From: the human T2T-CHM13v2.0 reference genome, Homo sapiens
DNA length: 64,000 nucleotides
Assembly (NCBI RefSeq): GCF_009914755.1
Contig: NC_060936.1
Strand: one strand, 5' to 3'
Every line of letters begins with the position of its first letter. Position 1 is the first letter of the stretch. Below are positions 43,418 through 57,935 of the stretch, piece by piece. A program made the position numbers and the translations under genes. The notes under the pieces were generated by a model. The model saw only the letters and a program-made list of their open reading frames with translations, was not told the origin of the DNA and ran no database searches.

Positions 43418-43976
43418 TGATAGTGACAGGAGGCAGCAAAATGCCTAGACAGACAGGGATGGATCTCGGTTGAAACCCCACCTTCAAGCCAAAAACAGAA
43501 TGAAGGCCAAAAGCCCAGACTGCTGATCCCAAATGAAACCCATGACCCAGAGTGAGAACTTCTGTTCCTGTTTGCCTGCCCTTTCCCGATTGGTTCTTTC
43601 TGAATAATTCCTTTTAACTAATCGAATGTTGCCTTTTCCAATACTATCTAGGGCCGTAAAAAGCCCCAGACCCAGCTACATGGGGAGGTGAGAATCACCC
43701 AACTGCTGGGGTCGGGGACCATCCCCAACATGCCTTCTCCATTGAAAGCTGTTCCGTCACTCAATAAAATTCTTCTCTGCCCTCCTCCCTTCAATGTCCC
43801 ACATATCCTCATTCTTCTTGGGTGTGGGACAAGAGCTTGGGAACCACTGAATGCAGGCACAAGCTATAACACAGGTGAGCAGGGGCATGCCAGCATGGCT
43901 GAGTGGGGCCTGGTGGGGCATCACCAGCTGGAGGTCCCTAGCTTGCAAAAGGACTGAGGAGAAATATCTTACATCA
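43418..43976 (+). mobile_element. ERV1-class (MER4-group) solo LTR, inserted in a probable L2 remnant
   Basis: tgatagtgacaggaggcagc...tcttacatca; TSD ctaa/ctga; 5' end related to the LTR at 41617. Confidence 0.8.
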
Positions 43977-44449
43977 CTGAGATGTCAAGAGAAGAACAAG
44001 TAGATGTTTAGGAGCTGCAGAGGGGAGAGGAGAGCACCCGCAAAAGGAGTGCAGCATGAGCAAAAGGCCTGGGGCACAGAATCTGTGTGAATACCAGGAA
44101 CCCAAAGAAGGTCCCTGCGGATGGAAACACAAAGGGAGCTGGGGCAGGGAGGAGCTGAGGCTGGAGAAGTGCAAGCGCTAGACCACACTGGCCATCATGG
44201 ACTCCAGTGGGTTGCACTGTCTTCGTTATAAGAGCAACAGAAAGACCCTAAAGCTGCTGAAGAGTCTAGACGACATGATCTTATTTGTGGTGAAATCACT
44301 TCAGCTAGAGTCTGTAAAGCAGTTTAGAGTGTGATTCGATGCCCAACAGAGTGCAGGCGAAAGTCAGTCATGGGACAGAAGAACTGAGAACAGCAGTCAC
44401 CAGCAGGAGGTCATTTGTGGTAAGGTAGTCATGGTTATAACGGTAGCAA

Positions 44450-44680
44450 CTGCCAACCTGTGTCAGGAGGTTCTGTTCTTCCAAGCTGTGCCCTGTGTGC
44501 TTCATACAAATTATCCCATGAATCCCTTGCAGTAACTCTACAAAGTATATATTAATATTATCTCCATTTTACAGATGAGGAAACTGATGCAGAGAGAAGC
44601 AGCTGGGCTTGCCGGCTGCCATACAGATGTACAAGCATCAGGGCCAGGTTTTACACCAGGCAGGCTGACCCCAGAATGCT
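44450..44680 (-). mobile_element. MIR
   Basis: 'attatctccattttacagatgaggaaactga' MIR core. Confidence 0.8.
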
Positions 44681-44816
44681 TGCTGTCGACATGGGGAGTA
44701 ACTGCCAAGTGGCTGTGGGCATCCCCAAATGATGTTTGCTTATTTGTTTGTTTTTGAAGGAAGGCATTGTAAATAATGTCACTGAAAAATAAATGGGCTC
44801 TGATTAGATATGTAAG

Positions 44817-45117
44817 TGTGTTAGTCTGTTCTCATGCTGCTAGTAGAGACATATCTGAAGCTGAGTAATTTATAAGGAAAAAGAGGTTTGAGTCCATTAA
44901 AGTCATGTCTTACATGGTGGCAGGCAAGAGAGCTTGTGCAGGGGAACTCCCATTTATAAAGCCATCAGATCTCATGAGACTTATTCACTCCCATGAGAAC
45001 AGTATGGGGGAAACTGCCTCCATGATTCAATTATTTCCACCTGGCCCCACTCTTGACATGTGGGGATTATTACAATTCAAGGTGAGATTTGGGTGGGGAC
45101 ACAGCCAAACCACATCA
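44817..45117 (-). mobile_element. THE1 solo LTR with an internal deletion
   Basis: 'tgtgttagtctgttctcatgctgct...ggggacacagccaaaccacatca'; ~60 nt shorter than the other THE1 copies here. Confidence 0.9.
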
Positions 45118-46537
45118 GTAAGTATGAATGTTATGCACGTGTACAACTTTAGAATGAGGCATTGGATAGGAAAATGTCTGTGAGCTTCAGGTAAAGGAAG
45201 GGACAGTGGCCGGATGTCAAAGGCAAAAGGAGAGTGACCTTGTCATCATTAAGACGTGGGGTCCTTGTGTTAACAGATACTCTGATTTTTTCAAGAGATA
45301 CCAGAAATCTTAAATTAGATTTGAAATCTCTTTATTTTTATGTTAGCAACTATTTCAGTTTTTAACATTGTGTAAATCAACATTGAAAGAAGCAAAGAGG
45401 CTCAGAAATAGAACTTTGAGAACCAATGTAACCTACAGACATCAGGCTAAAACCTCCAGATTTGGTCTGGGATTTGAGCTGCACTGACATGTTCCAGAGG
45501 AGTGGTCTGCATGCCGTGCCTTTGGCTTGGTGGGCCAGTGGCTTCTGGTTCTTAGTGTTTTTAGCAAACCTTTCAACTTAAGACCATAGGGACCAGCTCT
45601 CACTACTTACGACATGGACTTCACATCTGAGCCTAGAGGTGTGGAAGAATGAACTTGCATAATTGATCATAAGCCATGGCTCACAAAGCCCCTGGCGTAT
45701 TAAGGGCATTATCAGCCTAAGATGGATGGATGTCTTTCCACCCACCATTAATGTCTCAGCTTTTCAAGGAATCAAAACTGCAGCTTTGAATTACAATTTT
45801 AGGAAGGAAACTAATGATAGGGAAAAAGTAAGTACAATTTTTTTCTCCCAAAAAAAGCTGGAGGCCGTGAGTCAGTAATGGTGCGTGGATAACATTCACA
45901 TTTAACTAATTGGAGTTATATATGCAAACAGAGTCCATAAATAGACAAGTTGCCTTTGTATCAGACTAAGAAGTCAGGATCATTTTAATGTTTTATGTGA
46001 TTACTTCTAATCCTAAACACACTCATAAAGTCTGTTTGGAAATATAAGGAAAAAAAATCAAGTTTTACTTGAAGACACAACGATTTTCTATAGGCAGAAA
46101 TGAAGCAAGTCTTTCTTCACCTCCAGGTACTACCATGATCTGCCAGTTCCAAACGCTAACATGTTCAGAGAAAGAAAGGATTCTGTTTCACAGTGGAGAA
46201 ACTGAGGCGAAGGTGCAGGGTCATTTTAGTGAATGAAAATCATGAATCAACACCCACAAGAAGCATTTGCATCCAGACAATGGACTTTTATTACATCTGG
46301 AGTGAGCAACACGCTTTCTCTATATGAGATCATTAAGTTCTTAGTTTTGCATGTATTTATTGGTGATGGTGCTAAGAAAAGAACAATGAACAAACAAAAA
46401 ATACCCCAAAAACTGGGTCTTTGAGTGTACACTTTGCAGGGATGGACGTTAGGTCTGTTTATAATATCAGTGTCTGTCTTTAACCCAGCACAGTACTGGG
46501 CACTTAAGTTGGCTCAAACATATTTTATTGTTTTCCA

Positions 46538-46760
46538 CCAAGGGGTTGCAAGCTTTTGCTGTAAAGGACGAACCAGGAAATATTTTAGTCTTTGTGGGTC
46601 ATTCAGTCCCTGCTGCAATTATTTAATTCTGCCAGTATAGTGAAAAAGCAACCATATACAATAGTAAATGAATGGGTGTGGCTGTGTTTCAATAAAACTT
46701 TATTTACAAAATGTGACAGCCAATCAGATTTTGATTTGGGGCCTTCTTTGCTGTCCCCTG
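46538..46760. mobile_element. MER58A hAT-Charlie element
   Basis: 'caaggggttgcaagcttttgctgtaaagg...aatgggtgtggctgtgtttcaataaaactttatttac...cccctg'. Confidence 0.85.
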
Positions 46761-46822
46761 TTTTATACCGTGAAGTTTAGGATGGTTGGTTATTAGGTGA
46801 CAGGAAAAAAAAAGTTACTGAG

Positions 46823-46940
46823 AGTGACTTGTGTTCAAAAGCTCCAAGAGTTAGGTTTCAAAATTTTCCTCTGGATTACAAATAAGGTTCAGGAATCAAC
46901 AACTTTCAGTTAGAGCTTCTGAAATTAACAAATCAATGTT
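46823..46940 (+). repeat. ~118-bp dispersed direct repeat, copy 1 (copy 2 at 50399-50517)
   Basis: Both copies read 'agtgacttgtgttcaaaagctccaa...ttaggtttcaaaatt...caaatcaatgtt'. Confidence 0.9.
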
Positions 46941-47024
46941 TTAAAATGATGTATTTACTAGTAAGTTTATAACTTACTAGTTGTGAAGTTATAAACTTCA
47001 CAAGGGCATGTACCATTTCTGTAC

Positions 47025-47730
<706 letters not shown>

Positions 47731-48998
47731 GTGCCATGGTAGTTTGCTGCACCCATCCATCCGTCATCTACATTAGGTATTTCTCTTAATGCTCTCCCTC
47801 CCCTAACCCCCACCCCCCAACAGGCCTCAGTGTGTTATGTTCCCCTCTCTCTGTCCATATGTTCTCATTGTTCAACTTCCACTTATGAGTGAGAACATGC
47901 AGTGTTTGGTTTTCTGTTCCTGTGTTGCTGAGAATGATGGTTTCCAGCTTCATCCACGTCCTTGCAAAGGACACGGACTCATTTTTTATGGCTGCATACT
48001 ATTCCATGGTGTATACGTGCCACATTTTCTTTATCCAGTCTATCATTGATGGGCATTTGGATTGGTTCCAAGTCTTTGCTATTGTGAATAGTGCTGCAAT
48101 AAACATACGTGTGCATGTGTCTTTATATTATAATGATTTATAATCCTTTGGGTATATACCCAGTAATGGGATTGCTGGGTCAAATGGTATTTGTGGTTCT
48201 AGATCCTTGAGGAATTGCCAAGCTGTCTTCCATAATGTTTGAACTAATTTCCACTCCCACCAACAGTGTAAAAGCATTCCTATTTCTCCACATCCTCTCC
48301 AGCATCTGTTGTTTCCTGATTTTTTAATGATCACCATTCTACCTGGTGTGAGATGGTATCTCATTGTGGTTTTGATTTGCATTTCTCTAATGACCAGTGA
48401 TTATGAGCTTTTTTTCATATGTTTGTTGGCTGCATAAATGTCTTCTTTTGAGAAATGTCTGTTCACATCCTTCTTGGTATTTTTAGAAATTGATGAGGTA
48501 TAGCTAAATGATTGTGAACTTAGACCCTGAAGACTTGTGTTCTGGTGCTTCTTTTGCCAAATACCTTGAATAAATCACATCCTCTCTCTGTGCTAAAATC
48601 TCATCAGTAAAATGAAGCTGTTAGACCACATCAGTCTTTCCCAGGGCAGAAGACACACACACCTGCATCAATGCTGGGCGATTTTAGGTTTTAGGTGGCA
48701 CCAGATACCTCTTTAAATAACATTAAATCACATATTTTCATTTCGATTGTCCTTCAGACCTTTTGATTACATAAAAGAGAGAGAGTATTTGCCATCAGTG
48801 AATTTGTAATATGTTTTAGAGAGAGAGCCAAACCCAGACTGAGAAGCCTCTGCAGAAAAGAATAGCTGTGATTTTGTAACATTTTATCATATTAATTTGC
48901 ACAATACTTATTTCCTATAGTTACTTCCTATGATGGTAGGTACTACTGGATTTCTATTAACAGTGTAATGCAGTGTTCCTGTTTTAAGAAATAAATTA

Positions 48999-49813
<815 letters not shown>

Positions 49814-50398
49814 TTATTCTATCTTTGGGCTTTTACTCCGTAGTCTTTGAAGTTAGAAATAACTTAGGGTGAATTTTATTTTTCTCATCTGTCTTCTAGA
49901 GTTCAGGTGGCTACATTCTTTGTATACAGACAAGCATTGAAAGAATCCCTTCAGAATCCAAATCTCAGCCTCAGGGGATTTGTTGGATTGTGGAGTTTGG
50001 CCCTCTCATGCCCCTAATCAGCCTCCCCATGTGAACTTTATAACTGTGAAGTAGCAGAAGTTTCCATGCAGACCCTTTCACCTGCTGTCAGTTATTGAGG
50101 AAAACCTGTCAGGGCCATCGTGTGTCACTGAGTGTCAAACAAAAGTGGAATACGGGTTAAAGGAATTTTCACTTGAGACAAGTTTGACTGCATTAGAACT
50201 GAAGAGCAGAAACTTGTAACTTAGGGAAGACACTTTTAAGATGGCGTGTTTATGAATTGTAAACTCTGCTTTAAGTCAAGTCATGGGGCCATACCCGGAA
50301 GACACAGACTAAATTACTATTCATTATCAGAAGGAAATTTAGATTACTCCTATGCATACTTAATTCCCAACATCTCACTGGCAGTAGAAGTTAGTGGG

Positions 50399-50517
50399 AG
50401 TGACTTGTGTTCAAAAGCTCCAAAAATTAGGTTTCAAAATTCTCCTCTGGGTTACAAACAGGGCTCGGTAATCAACAGCTTTCAGTTCAAGCTCCTGAAA
50501 TTGCAAATCAATGTTCT
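50399..50517 (+). repeat. ~118-bp dispersed direct repeat, copy 2
   Basis: Matches 46823-46940 at roughly 85% by eye. Confidence 0.9.
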
Positions 50518-50907
50518 CTACTTGCTGCTTCCATAAATAAATGTATTCTTAAAATGAACTAAATTGTTTGTAGCATGAACATAAGATAGTTTCAGGAAAT
50601 TAAAGAGTAAAAATGATTAAGAATCAAAAGATAACTTTTTATTTTGCTCAAATATTAGTATTTCTTCAGAAATGAGATATATTTTATGGAAAACATGTCA
50701 ATTCGCAAATAGGATAGGAAAATGTTAATCAACTCTCCCCCCTACCCTCATCTTGTGCATGTAGAATCTTTCTGAATTTTCCATTACAGGGAGAAAAATG
50801 AAAGAATCGTCTAGCTTAATTCTCTAGTACAATTTGAATTTGCCACTCACAAATATATGAGCATTTATAATCAGGAATTCACTATCTTGGCTATCTGGTG
50901 ACTGGAA

Positions 50908-51236
<329 letters not shown>

Positions 51237-53109
51237 TGAAAATTTCTAAAATTAGGAAAAAAGAAATTGAATTGTGATTTCAAATGACATCCACAAACAG
51301 TAAACTCAAATGGCAACAGGACCCAGGGAAGCCAGTGAGTAAAGTGGGCCATTTAGAAGACTCTAGAGAGTAATGGAGTGAACAAGGGAACTGACATTCT
51401 GTCTATGATGGAACATCAGGGCTAAACCAGAGGCAACTATTTCCAAGTAAAAGTGAGGGCTTAATGTTGCCAGAAACCATGTGGGGGTTATATAAGTCAT
51501 ATTCTTGAAACTTAGTTAACCTCAGTCCCTAAAAACCAGTGAATAATCAGAGATATCAAGGAGAAGAAGGACACAGTGAGAGTTAAATTTTAAAAAAGTG
51601 TTAGCATTCCATTTTTCAATTTGCCTCCTTTCTGAAAATTCTATCTAACAACTGGAACGAGAGGCTGACTGAAGCCTAAGAAAAAAGATAAGATAAAGGA
51701 TTAGATGTTATCCATTGCTCTAAAATAATTTACCAGCACATAATGCAATTTTGTTTCAGTCATTCACCCCCATTTTATTTAAAGATTTTACTTCAGATAT
51801 TCCTCCCTTCCATCCTCCAATAATCTTGAAGCCAGAAAAACTAAGTTTTATCACTAGCTTGATCACTTAGAAGTTATGTTGGGTCAGATAAGTAACTCAG
51901 ATTATTTTTTAGAAATGAGAATGTTACCAATATTTGTATGATTGAATAATTTCAAATAAGAAATATAATCTCAACTCAAATCATCTTAAAAAAGGAAATT
52001 TCTCTTGCTTCATAACAGAGTCCAGCCTACAAAAGGCCACCGAGTTGATTGATTCGGAAGTTCAGTGATATTAAGGCTCTTTCCTTTTCTCTGGTCTACC
52101 ATCCTGGGCATTTCCTTCAACCTCAAGTAGGTAGCAGGACTGTTGTAGTGGTATCAGGTATTACATCTAGACATGGAACAAGAGAAGTTATTTCTTTCCT
52201 ATAACTTTCTATGGAACTAATTTTTTTTTCACTAAGTACTTCCCAGAAGAAAAACTTCCTTCTTTTTGGAAAATACTAAGTCATCTATCCATGTATGAAC
52301 CAATCAATGCCAAGGAGATGGATTACCATCACACCCATCCATGAAGATAACCCCAAGGCTCATGGTTCTGTGCAAAAGGAGTAGATATCTGAACAAGATT
52401 TTGACTCTATTGGGAGCAAAAGAGGATGATGGTTGCTGGGAAGGTTACCAACAAAGATCACTACACTGGCCCAACTTACTGTTGACACAGTAAAGTGTCC
52501 CGCACTTGTATGCTAGGATTATTATCACAGGTTTGTGAATCTTTCCATAAGAAACACATAGTTAACCTTATGAGACCATTCAGTCTACTGCATCAGTTAA
52601 GTCTGTATTCCTGGTTTTATTAAAACTGTTGTAACTTAGCAATTCTGATTAGAGCTTAATATAGGGACATATAATGTTAAAGCTAAAGAAGACCTTGGAA
52701 AATTCTTTCTTCAAACTCTGAACTACAAAGGTCCACAGCTTCAGAAGAGAGAACAGGTTGGGTAAGAGGACAATACTTTTCTAAACAATCTTACTTCATG
52801 TAAGTCTATTGCAAAATCTACATTAGTCATTGAGAGCTTTCCCCATATGTATCTCTGGGAAACATCATAGGAATGCCCCTTATCTCTATGTTTATAGCTT
52901 GGTGTTCTGATCAATATCGAAGTATGAAAATAAAAGGCATTTTGCGTTGGTATGACATTTAAAAATATTAACTGATATTTCTTCTAAGTATTTCATTTCA
53001 TCTCATGATCCTTCTTATATTTGAAGATTTGGCTTCTGACACACTCATTGCTTTGGAGAGGATGGTTAAGTCAGAAAAAAGACTTTTGAGACTCAAAATT
53101 CTGGACCCC

Positions 53110-54545
53110 GATTCTGCTTGGAGCCAAGATAAAGTGAGAGAAGTAATATTTACCCTCTCCCTTGAAACAGCTGGAAAGTCACACAAAATATATGAAATGA
53201 TTGTTTTTAAGCTATTGAACATAAAGCAATGAACAATGATCTCTGAGATAAGGAACATGAGATGAACTCTATGATTGCTCTAGCTTAGTGTTTGCAGAGA
53301 GATTCCAGATCATAGTGCAGAGGAGAACCCAGGTAGAACTTGGGAGTCTTGAGGACATTGCAGTTAACAGTACCAGAGTATAGAGAGTTACACTGATACA
53401 GAACGCTGGAGATTTGTGGAGAAGAGACTTAGAGTAAACAGATAAGTACTAATGACTGCCTGTGTGTGAGGAGAGAATACTTATGAACTTCTTCATAAGT
53501 CCAGTATTTACCCTGATACAAGAATATTACAAGAAAAGACTATTACAAAACAAATGTCATTCACAGATGCAAACATATAGAGATAGATGAAAAAAATGTA
53601 TCAAATAGAATGCTAACAATATATACCAAGGAAAAATGCATCATGACAAAGTGAAGTTCTGGGAATGCAAGGTTGGTTTAAAGTAAAAAAATCAATCAAT
53701 GTGATGCAATAAATTAACAAACTGTATTAGTTTGTTTTAACATTGCTATAAAGAACTACCTGAGACTGAGTAATTTATAAAGAAAAGAGGTTTAATTGGC
53801 TCATGGTTCTTCAGGCTTTACAGGAAGCATGAGCTGCGGGAGGCCTCAGGAAACTTAGAATCACAGTGGAAAGTGAAGGGGAAGCTTGCATGTTCTATAT
53901 GGCTGGAGCAGGAGGAAGAGAGTAGTGGCAGGTGCTACACACTTTTAAACAACCAGATCTCATGAGAACTCAATCATGAAATAGCACTAGGGGGATGGAG
54001 CTAAACCATTAGAAACCACCCCCATGATCCAATCACCTCCCACCAGGCCCCACCTCCAACACTGGGAATTATAATTCAACATGAGAGTTGGGTAGGGACA
54101 GAGCCAAACCATATCACAAACTAAAAGAGAAAAGACACATGATTATCTCAGTGGATGCATAGAACGTATTTGAGAAAATCCAACACCTATTCCTAATCAA
54201 AACCATCAGCAAACTAGTAACTTCCTCGACTTGATAAATGGCATCTCTGACAAGCTACAGCTAATGTCATAATAAATGATGAGAATCTGGATTGTTTCCC
54301 ACTGGAAATAGGGATGAGAAAAGGATGTCCACTTTCACTACTTCTCTTTAATATTGTGCTAGGAGTTCTAGTCAGTACAGTAGGGTAAGAAAAAAAAAGA
54401 TATCCAAATTGAAAACTGTCTTTACAGATACTATGATTATTTATTTAAAAATGGAACCAACAGAAAAGCTACTAGAACTAATAAGCAAGTTGAATAAGAT
54501 TGCAGGATATAAGATCAATATAAAATCCAAGTGGATTTGTATATA
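53110..54545 (+). mobile_element. Old L1M: 5'-region piece joined to an ORF2 piece, interrupted by MSTA
   Basis: ORF2-like 'gggaatgcaaggttggttt...acatgattatctcagtggatgc...gttctagtcagtacag...gcaggatataagatcaat'. Confidence 0.8.
53723..54116 (-). mobile_element. MSTA solo LTR
   Basis: tgtattagtttg...gccaaaccatatca; perfect 5-bp TSD caaac. Confidence 0.93.
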
Positions 54546-55109
54546 ATGGTTTCCCTTTGGAGGCTCCTTGGCTCTTATACAAATTTTTTCTAAATTATCT
54601 TCTGAAAAATTCTAAATGCAGGCATTGGGAAAAAATAGGTGTTTCCTTCTCCTTCACTTAAAAAGTAACTGAAGATATTCAAATGGTTCCTCCTACAACA
54701 AAGGAAGCCCTATATGAAAATTTAAAGTTCTATTTGAATTGAAATGAAAAAGTGTGTCCTGTCTCTTATGTAGTGGTATGGCTATATCAGCATAAGTAGG
54801 CACCTTATCCAAAAAAAAAAAACCCCATCTGGCCACTACCTCTCACAAACTGAGCCAGCTTTTATGGATCTTGTCCATAGAGTCCCATGAGGACAAGAGC
54901 AATGACTTGCCCCTGTCTCCACCCTCTGACCGTTGCGGGGTTATGGGGAGAGCAGACACTCAGTTGAAGTTTAGTGAAAGTGTATGTGAATTAAATAAGG
55001 GACTTCTGGAAAGGGAGAACTCAATGTCCTGAAAGAAGTACTTAACCTTCTGGCATGATTGTTTGTAGGGACATTAATTGCTTGCTATTGAGAGTTTCCC
55101 AACAATTTG

Positions 55110-55559
55110 TGTAGGGGATCAGTCAGAATGGTAGGAAAAACTGTAGAGAAAGTACACAAACCTTCTGAAAGGTTGGAAGGTTCTGCAGAGCCACAAGGGA
55201 CAATGGCTGAAGGCAGCTGTTCTATAACCCTGAGGCAGAGGGCAAGGAGTAGGTACAAGGGAGTTTGGGGGAATTTACCTTAAATAAGCTTGTTTACTTA
55301 TGTTGACCAGGAACTGACCTTTGATTATCTGCATGACGTTCCCTGAAAGGAGAACAATAAATGTTAATTACCCACAGGTTGTGTTTGCTCCAGGTTATCG
55401 GCATTGTGCCTGCACTGAATAAAAACAAGCAGCTCCAACTTCTCAGGGCTGCTCTCTGGCCACTAGAGCCAGGCAGTCACCTAGCTGCTGTTATGCTGCA
55501 TACCTGTCTCTGAGTACTCGCTTCATCCATCGGCCAGGGTCTGTGGGACAGACCAGGCA
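55110..55559 (+). mobile_element. 5' LTR (LTR22-like)
   Basis: tgtaggggatc...cagaccaggca; homologous to 58586-59040. Confidence 0.92.
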
Positions 55560-55561
55560 GG

Positions 55562-55579
55562 TGGTGCCCCATGTGAGGA
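55562..55579 (+). promoter_or_regulatory. Primer-binding site complementary to elongator tRNA-Met
   Basis: tggtgccccatgtgagga versus tRNA-Met 3' complement tggtgccccgtgtgagga (17/18; CpG transition). Confidence 0.88.
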
Positions 55580-55698
55580 ACGCTGCAATGGATTGCAAGG
55601 GAACCCCTGAAAACAAATGTGAAGTGACTGAGCAGTAAGTAATTGGTGCGCGCTGGGGATTTCCAAGTTCGAGGGGATTTTCAAGCTAGGGTTTCTTC

Positions 55699-56800
55699 AT
55701 GGGACAACAATTATCAGCTCAACAGCAACAGTATATAAAGTATTGAAACAGCTGCTTAAAGCTAGCAGAGCCTCGGTCTCAGAGGCCCAATTAAGGGACC
55801 TAATGCAAACTGTTGTTTTCCACAACGCGTGGTTCCCAGAAAAAGTCACGTTAGACCTAGAGCTCTGGGAACAGTGGGAAAAAGTCTTAAACAACATCGT
55901 GCGCAAGGGCAACGGGTCCCAGTAACATCTTTAATGTTATGGGCCTTAGTTAGGGCTGCTTTGGCCCCACTCTACACAGAAGAGCCTAAAAAGGGAGGGG
56001 AGGAAGAACCATCATCTACCTTATCACCTCCTCCTCCTCCCTCAGCCCCTCCATTACCAGGTAAAGGTGCCACAGAGGAGAGAAAGGTTTTCCCTGAGTC
56101 CTCCTCCTCCAATAAATTAGAAAAAAGGCAAGGGATACACTACAGTTATGGGACCCTGTCTTAGGCAAGTGGCATTAGAAGGGGAACTCTTGTCCTGCCT
56201 GGTGATGCAAGGTCAACAAGGCAATTAGTTACATGAACCCGTTACTTTCAAGACTTATAAAGAGATAAGAAAAAGCATTAGAGAAAACGGAGCTGCTAGC
56301 CCATTTATGAAAGGATTAATTGAGGCCATAGCAGATAATCTCCATATAACCCCATGGGACTGGTCAGTGCTAGCTAAAACAACTTTAGAGGCCAGTCAGT
56401 ATCTCCTCTGGAGGGCAGAATATGATGAGTTGTGTGAACAACAAGCCAACCAAAATCAATTGGCCAGGCAAAACGTAACGGCTGCTATGCTGTAGGGGAG
56501 GGGTCCCTATGTCAATGTACAACAATTAAATTTTGTCCCCCAAGCCTGTGCACAAGTGTCCTTATGTGACTGCAGGGCTTGGGACCAAATTTCCGAAGGT
56601 GGAGTTCAACAGGGATCTTTTGTAAATGTTTGACAAGGGCCTCAGGAGCCATTTGTTGAATTTATCAATCAGTTAACCCAGGCAATTAAGAGACAAATTA
56701 GTCATGCCCAGGCCGCTGATATCTTATTGTTGCAATTGGCTTATGAAAATGCTAATATAGACTGTTACAGGCAATGCAGGCAATCAGAGGAAAAGCGGCT
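55699..56800 (+). pseudogene. gag: Decayed gag (MA through CA)
   Basis: MGQQLSAQQQQY, then frameshift to LKQLLKAS...WFPEKVTLDLELWEQ; CA 'ITPWDWSVLAKTTL'; MHR 'V*QGPQEPFVEFI'; several stops and frameshifts. Confidence 0.9.
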
Positions 56801-57935
56801 ATCTGGTGGGAACCGCATAACTCTCTCACTCGATCTGGATTTACTAGCACTCAGAGAGCTGAGGTTGGAGCCCTAATATTGGCCCTGGAAACCTTTTCCG
56901 TTCAGCCCATCAATATCGTTAGTGACTCTGCTTATTCTGTTTATTTAGTGCAAAACCTTGAAACAGCTCTCATTAAATCCACTCTTGAGCCCACCCTGTG
57001 TGCCCTTTTTCTCTGACTTCAGCAATTGTTGGATCAATGAACACATCCTGTTTTTATCACACACATTCAGGCCCACAGCTCGCTGCCTGGTCCGCTGGCT
57101 CATGGCAATGATCAAGCAGATTTGCAGGTCATGAGGTCACTACTTGACCAAGCCACACAATCACATCTATTTTTTCATCAGAATTGGAGAACTTTAGCTA
57201 AACAATTTCAACTTACCCAAAGACTAAACAAATTATTTTACATTGCCCAGATTGCCAGCTCACAGGCACATCCCCTCCTTCAACAGGTGTTAACCTTAGA
57301 AGACTAGAACCTAATGAGTTATGGCAAACAGATGTTATGCACGTCCCTGAATTTGGAAAACTAAGGTATGTACATGTATCTGTTGATACCTATTCCCACT
57401 TAATTAGTGCTCATGCTCTTCCTAGAGAGTCAGCCCGATATGTCATTAAACATCTTCTCTTAACCTTTTACATTTATGGCATGGCCCACAAAGATTAAAA
57501 CTGATAACAGTCTGGCTTACACTAGCTCACAATTTCAAAATTTTGTCACACATGGAATGTCCAACATTCCACGGGTAGCCCGTATAACCCTCAAGGACAG
57601 GCCATAGTAGAATGTGCCCACTCCACCCTTAAAAATAAGCTCAGAAAACAAAAAAGGCAGAATATGAGTAAGGACCCTGCAACACTATTGGCACAAGCCT
57701 TATTTACCCTTAATTTCTTCAATTTAGATGATAAATTTCAATTAGGTATAGAAAAGCGCTTTGCAAAAATCACTCAAGATATAAAACCTTCAGTTTTATG
57801 GAAGGATGTAAATAGTAATATATGGTGTGGTCCAAATGATTTGCTAATGTGGGAAAGAGGATATGCTTGTGTTCACACCCCGTCAGGTCCTCTTTGGATT
57901 CCAGCACGAGGCATCAAACCATACCATGGCATGGC
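56789..57935 (+). pseudogene. pol: Decayed pol remnant: RNase H plus integrase only
   Basis: RNase H 'STQRAEVGALILAL...INIVSDSAY'; integrase 'LWQTDVMHVPEFGKLRYVHVSVDTYS', 'IKTDN', 'PYNPQGQAIVE'. Confidence 0.92.

Noticed and set aside
55562-55579. tRNA gene fragment
   Set aside because: It is the 18-nt retroviral PBS, with no cloverleaf or A/B boxes.
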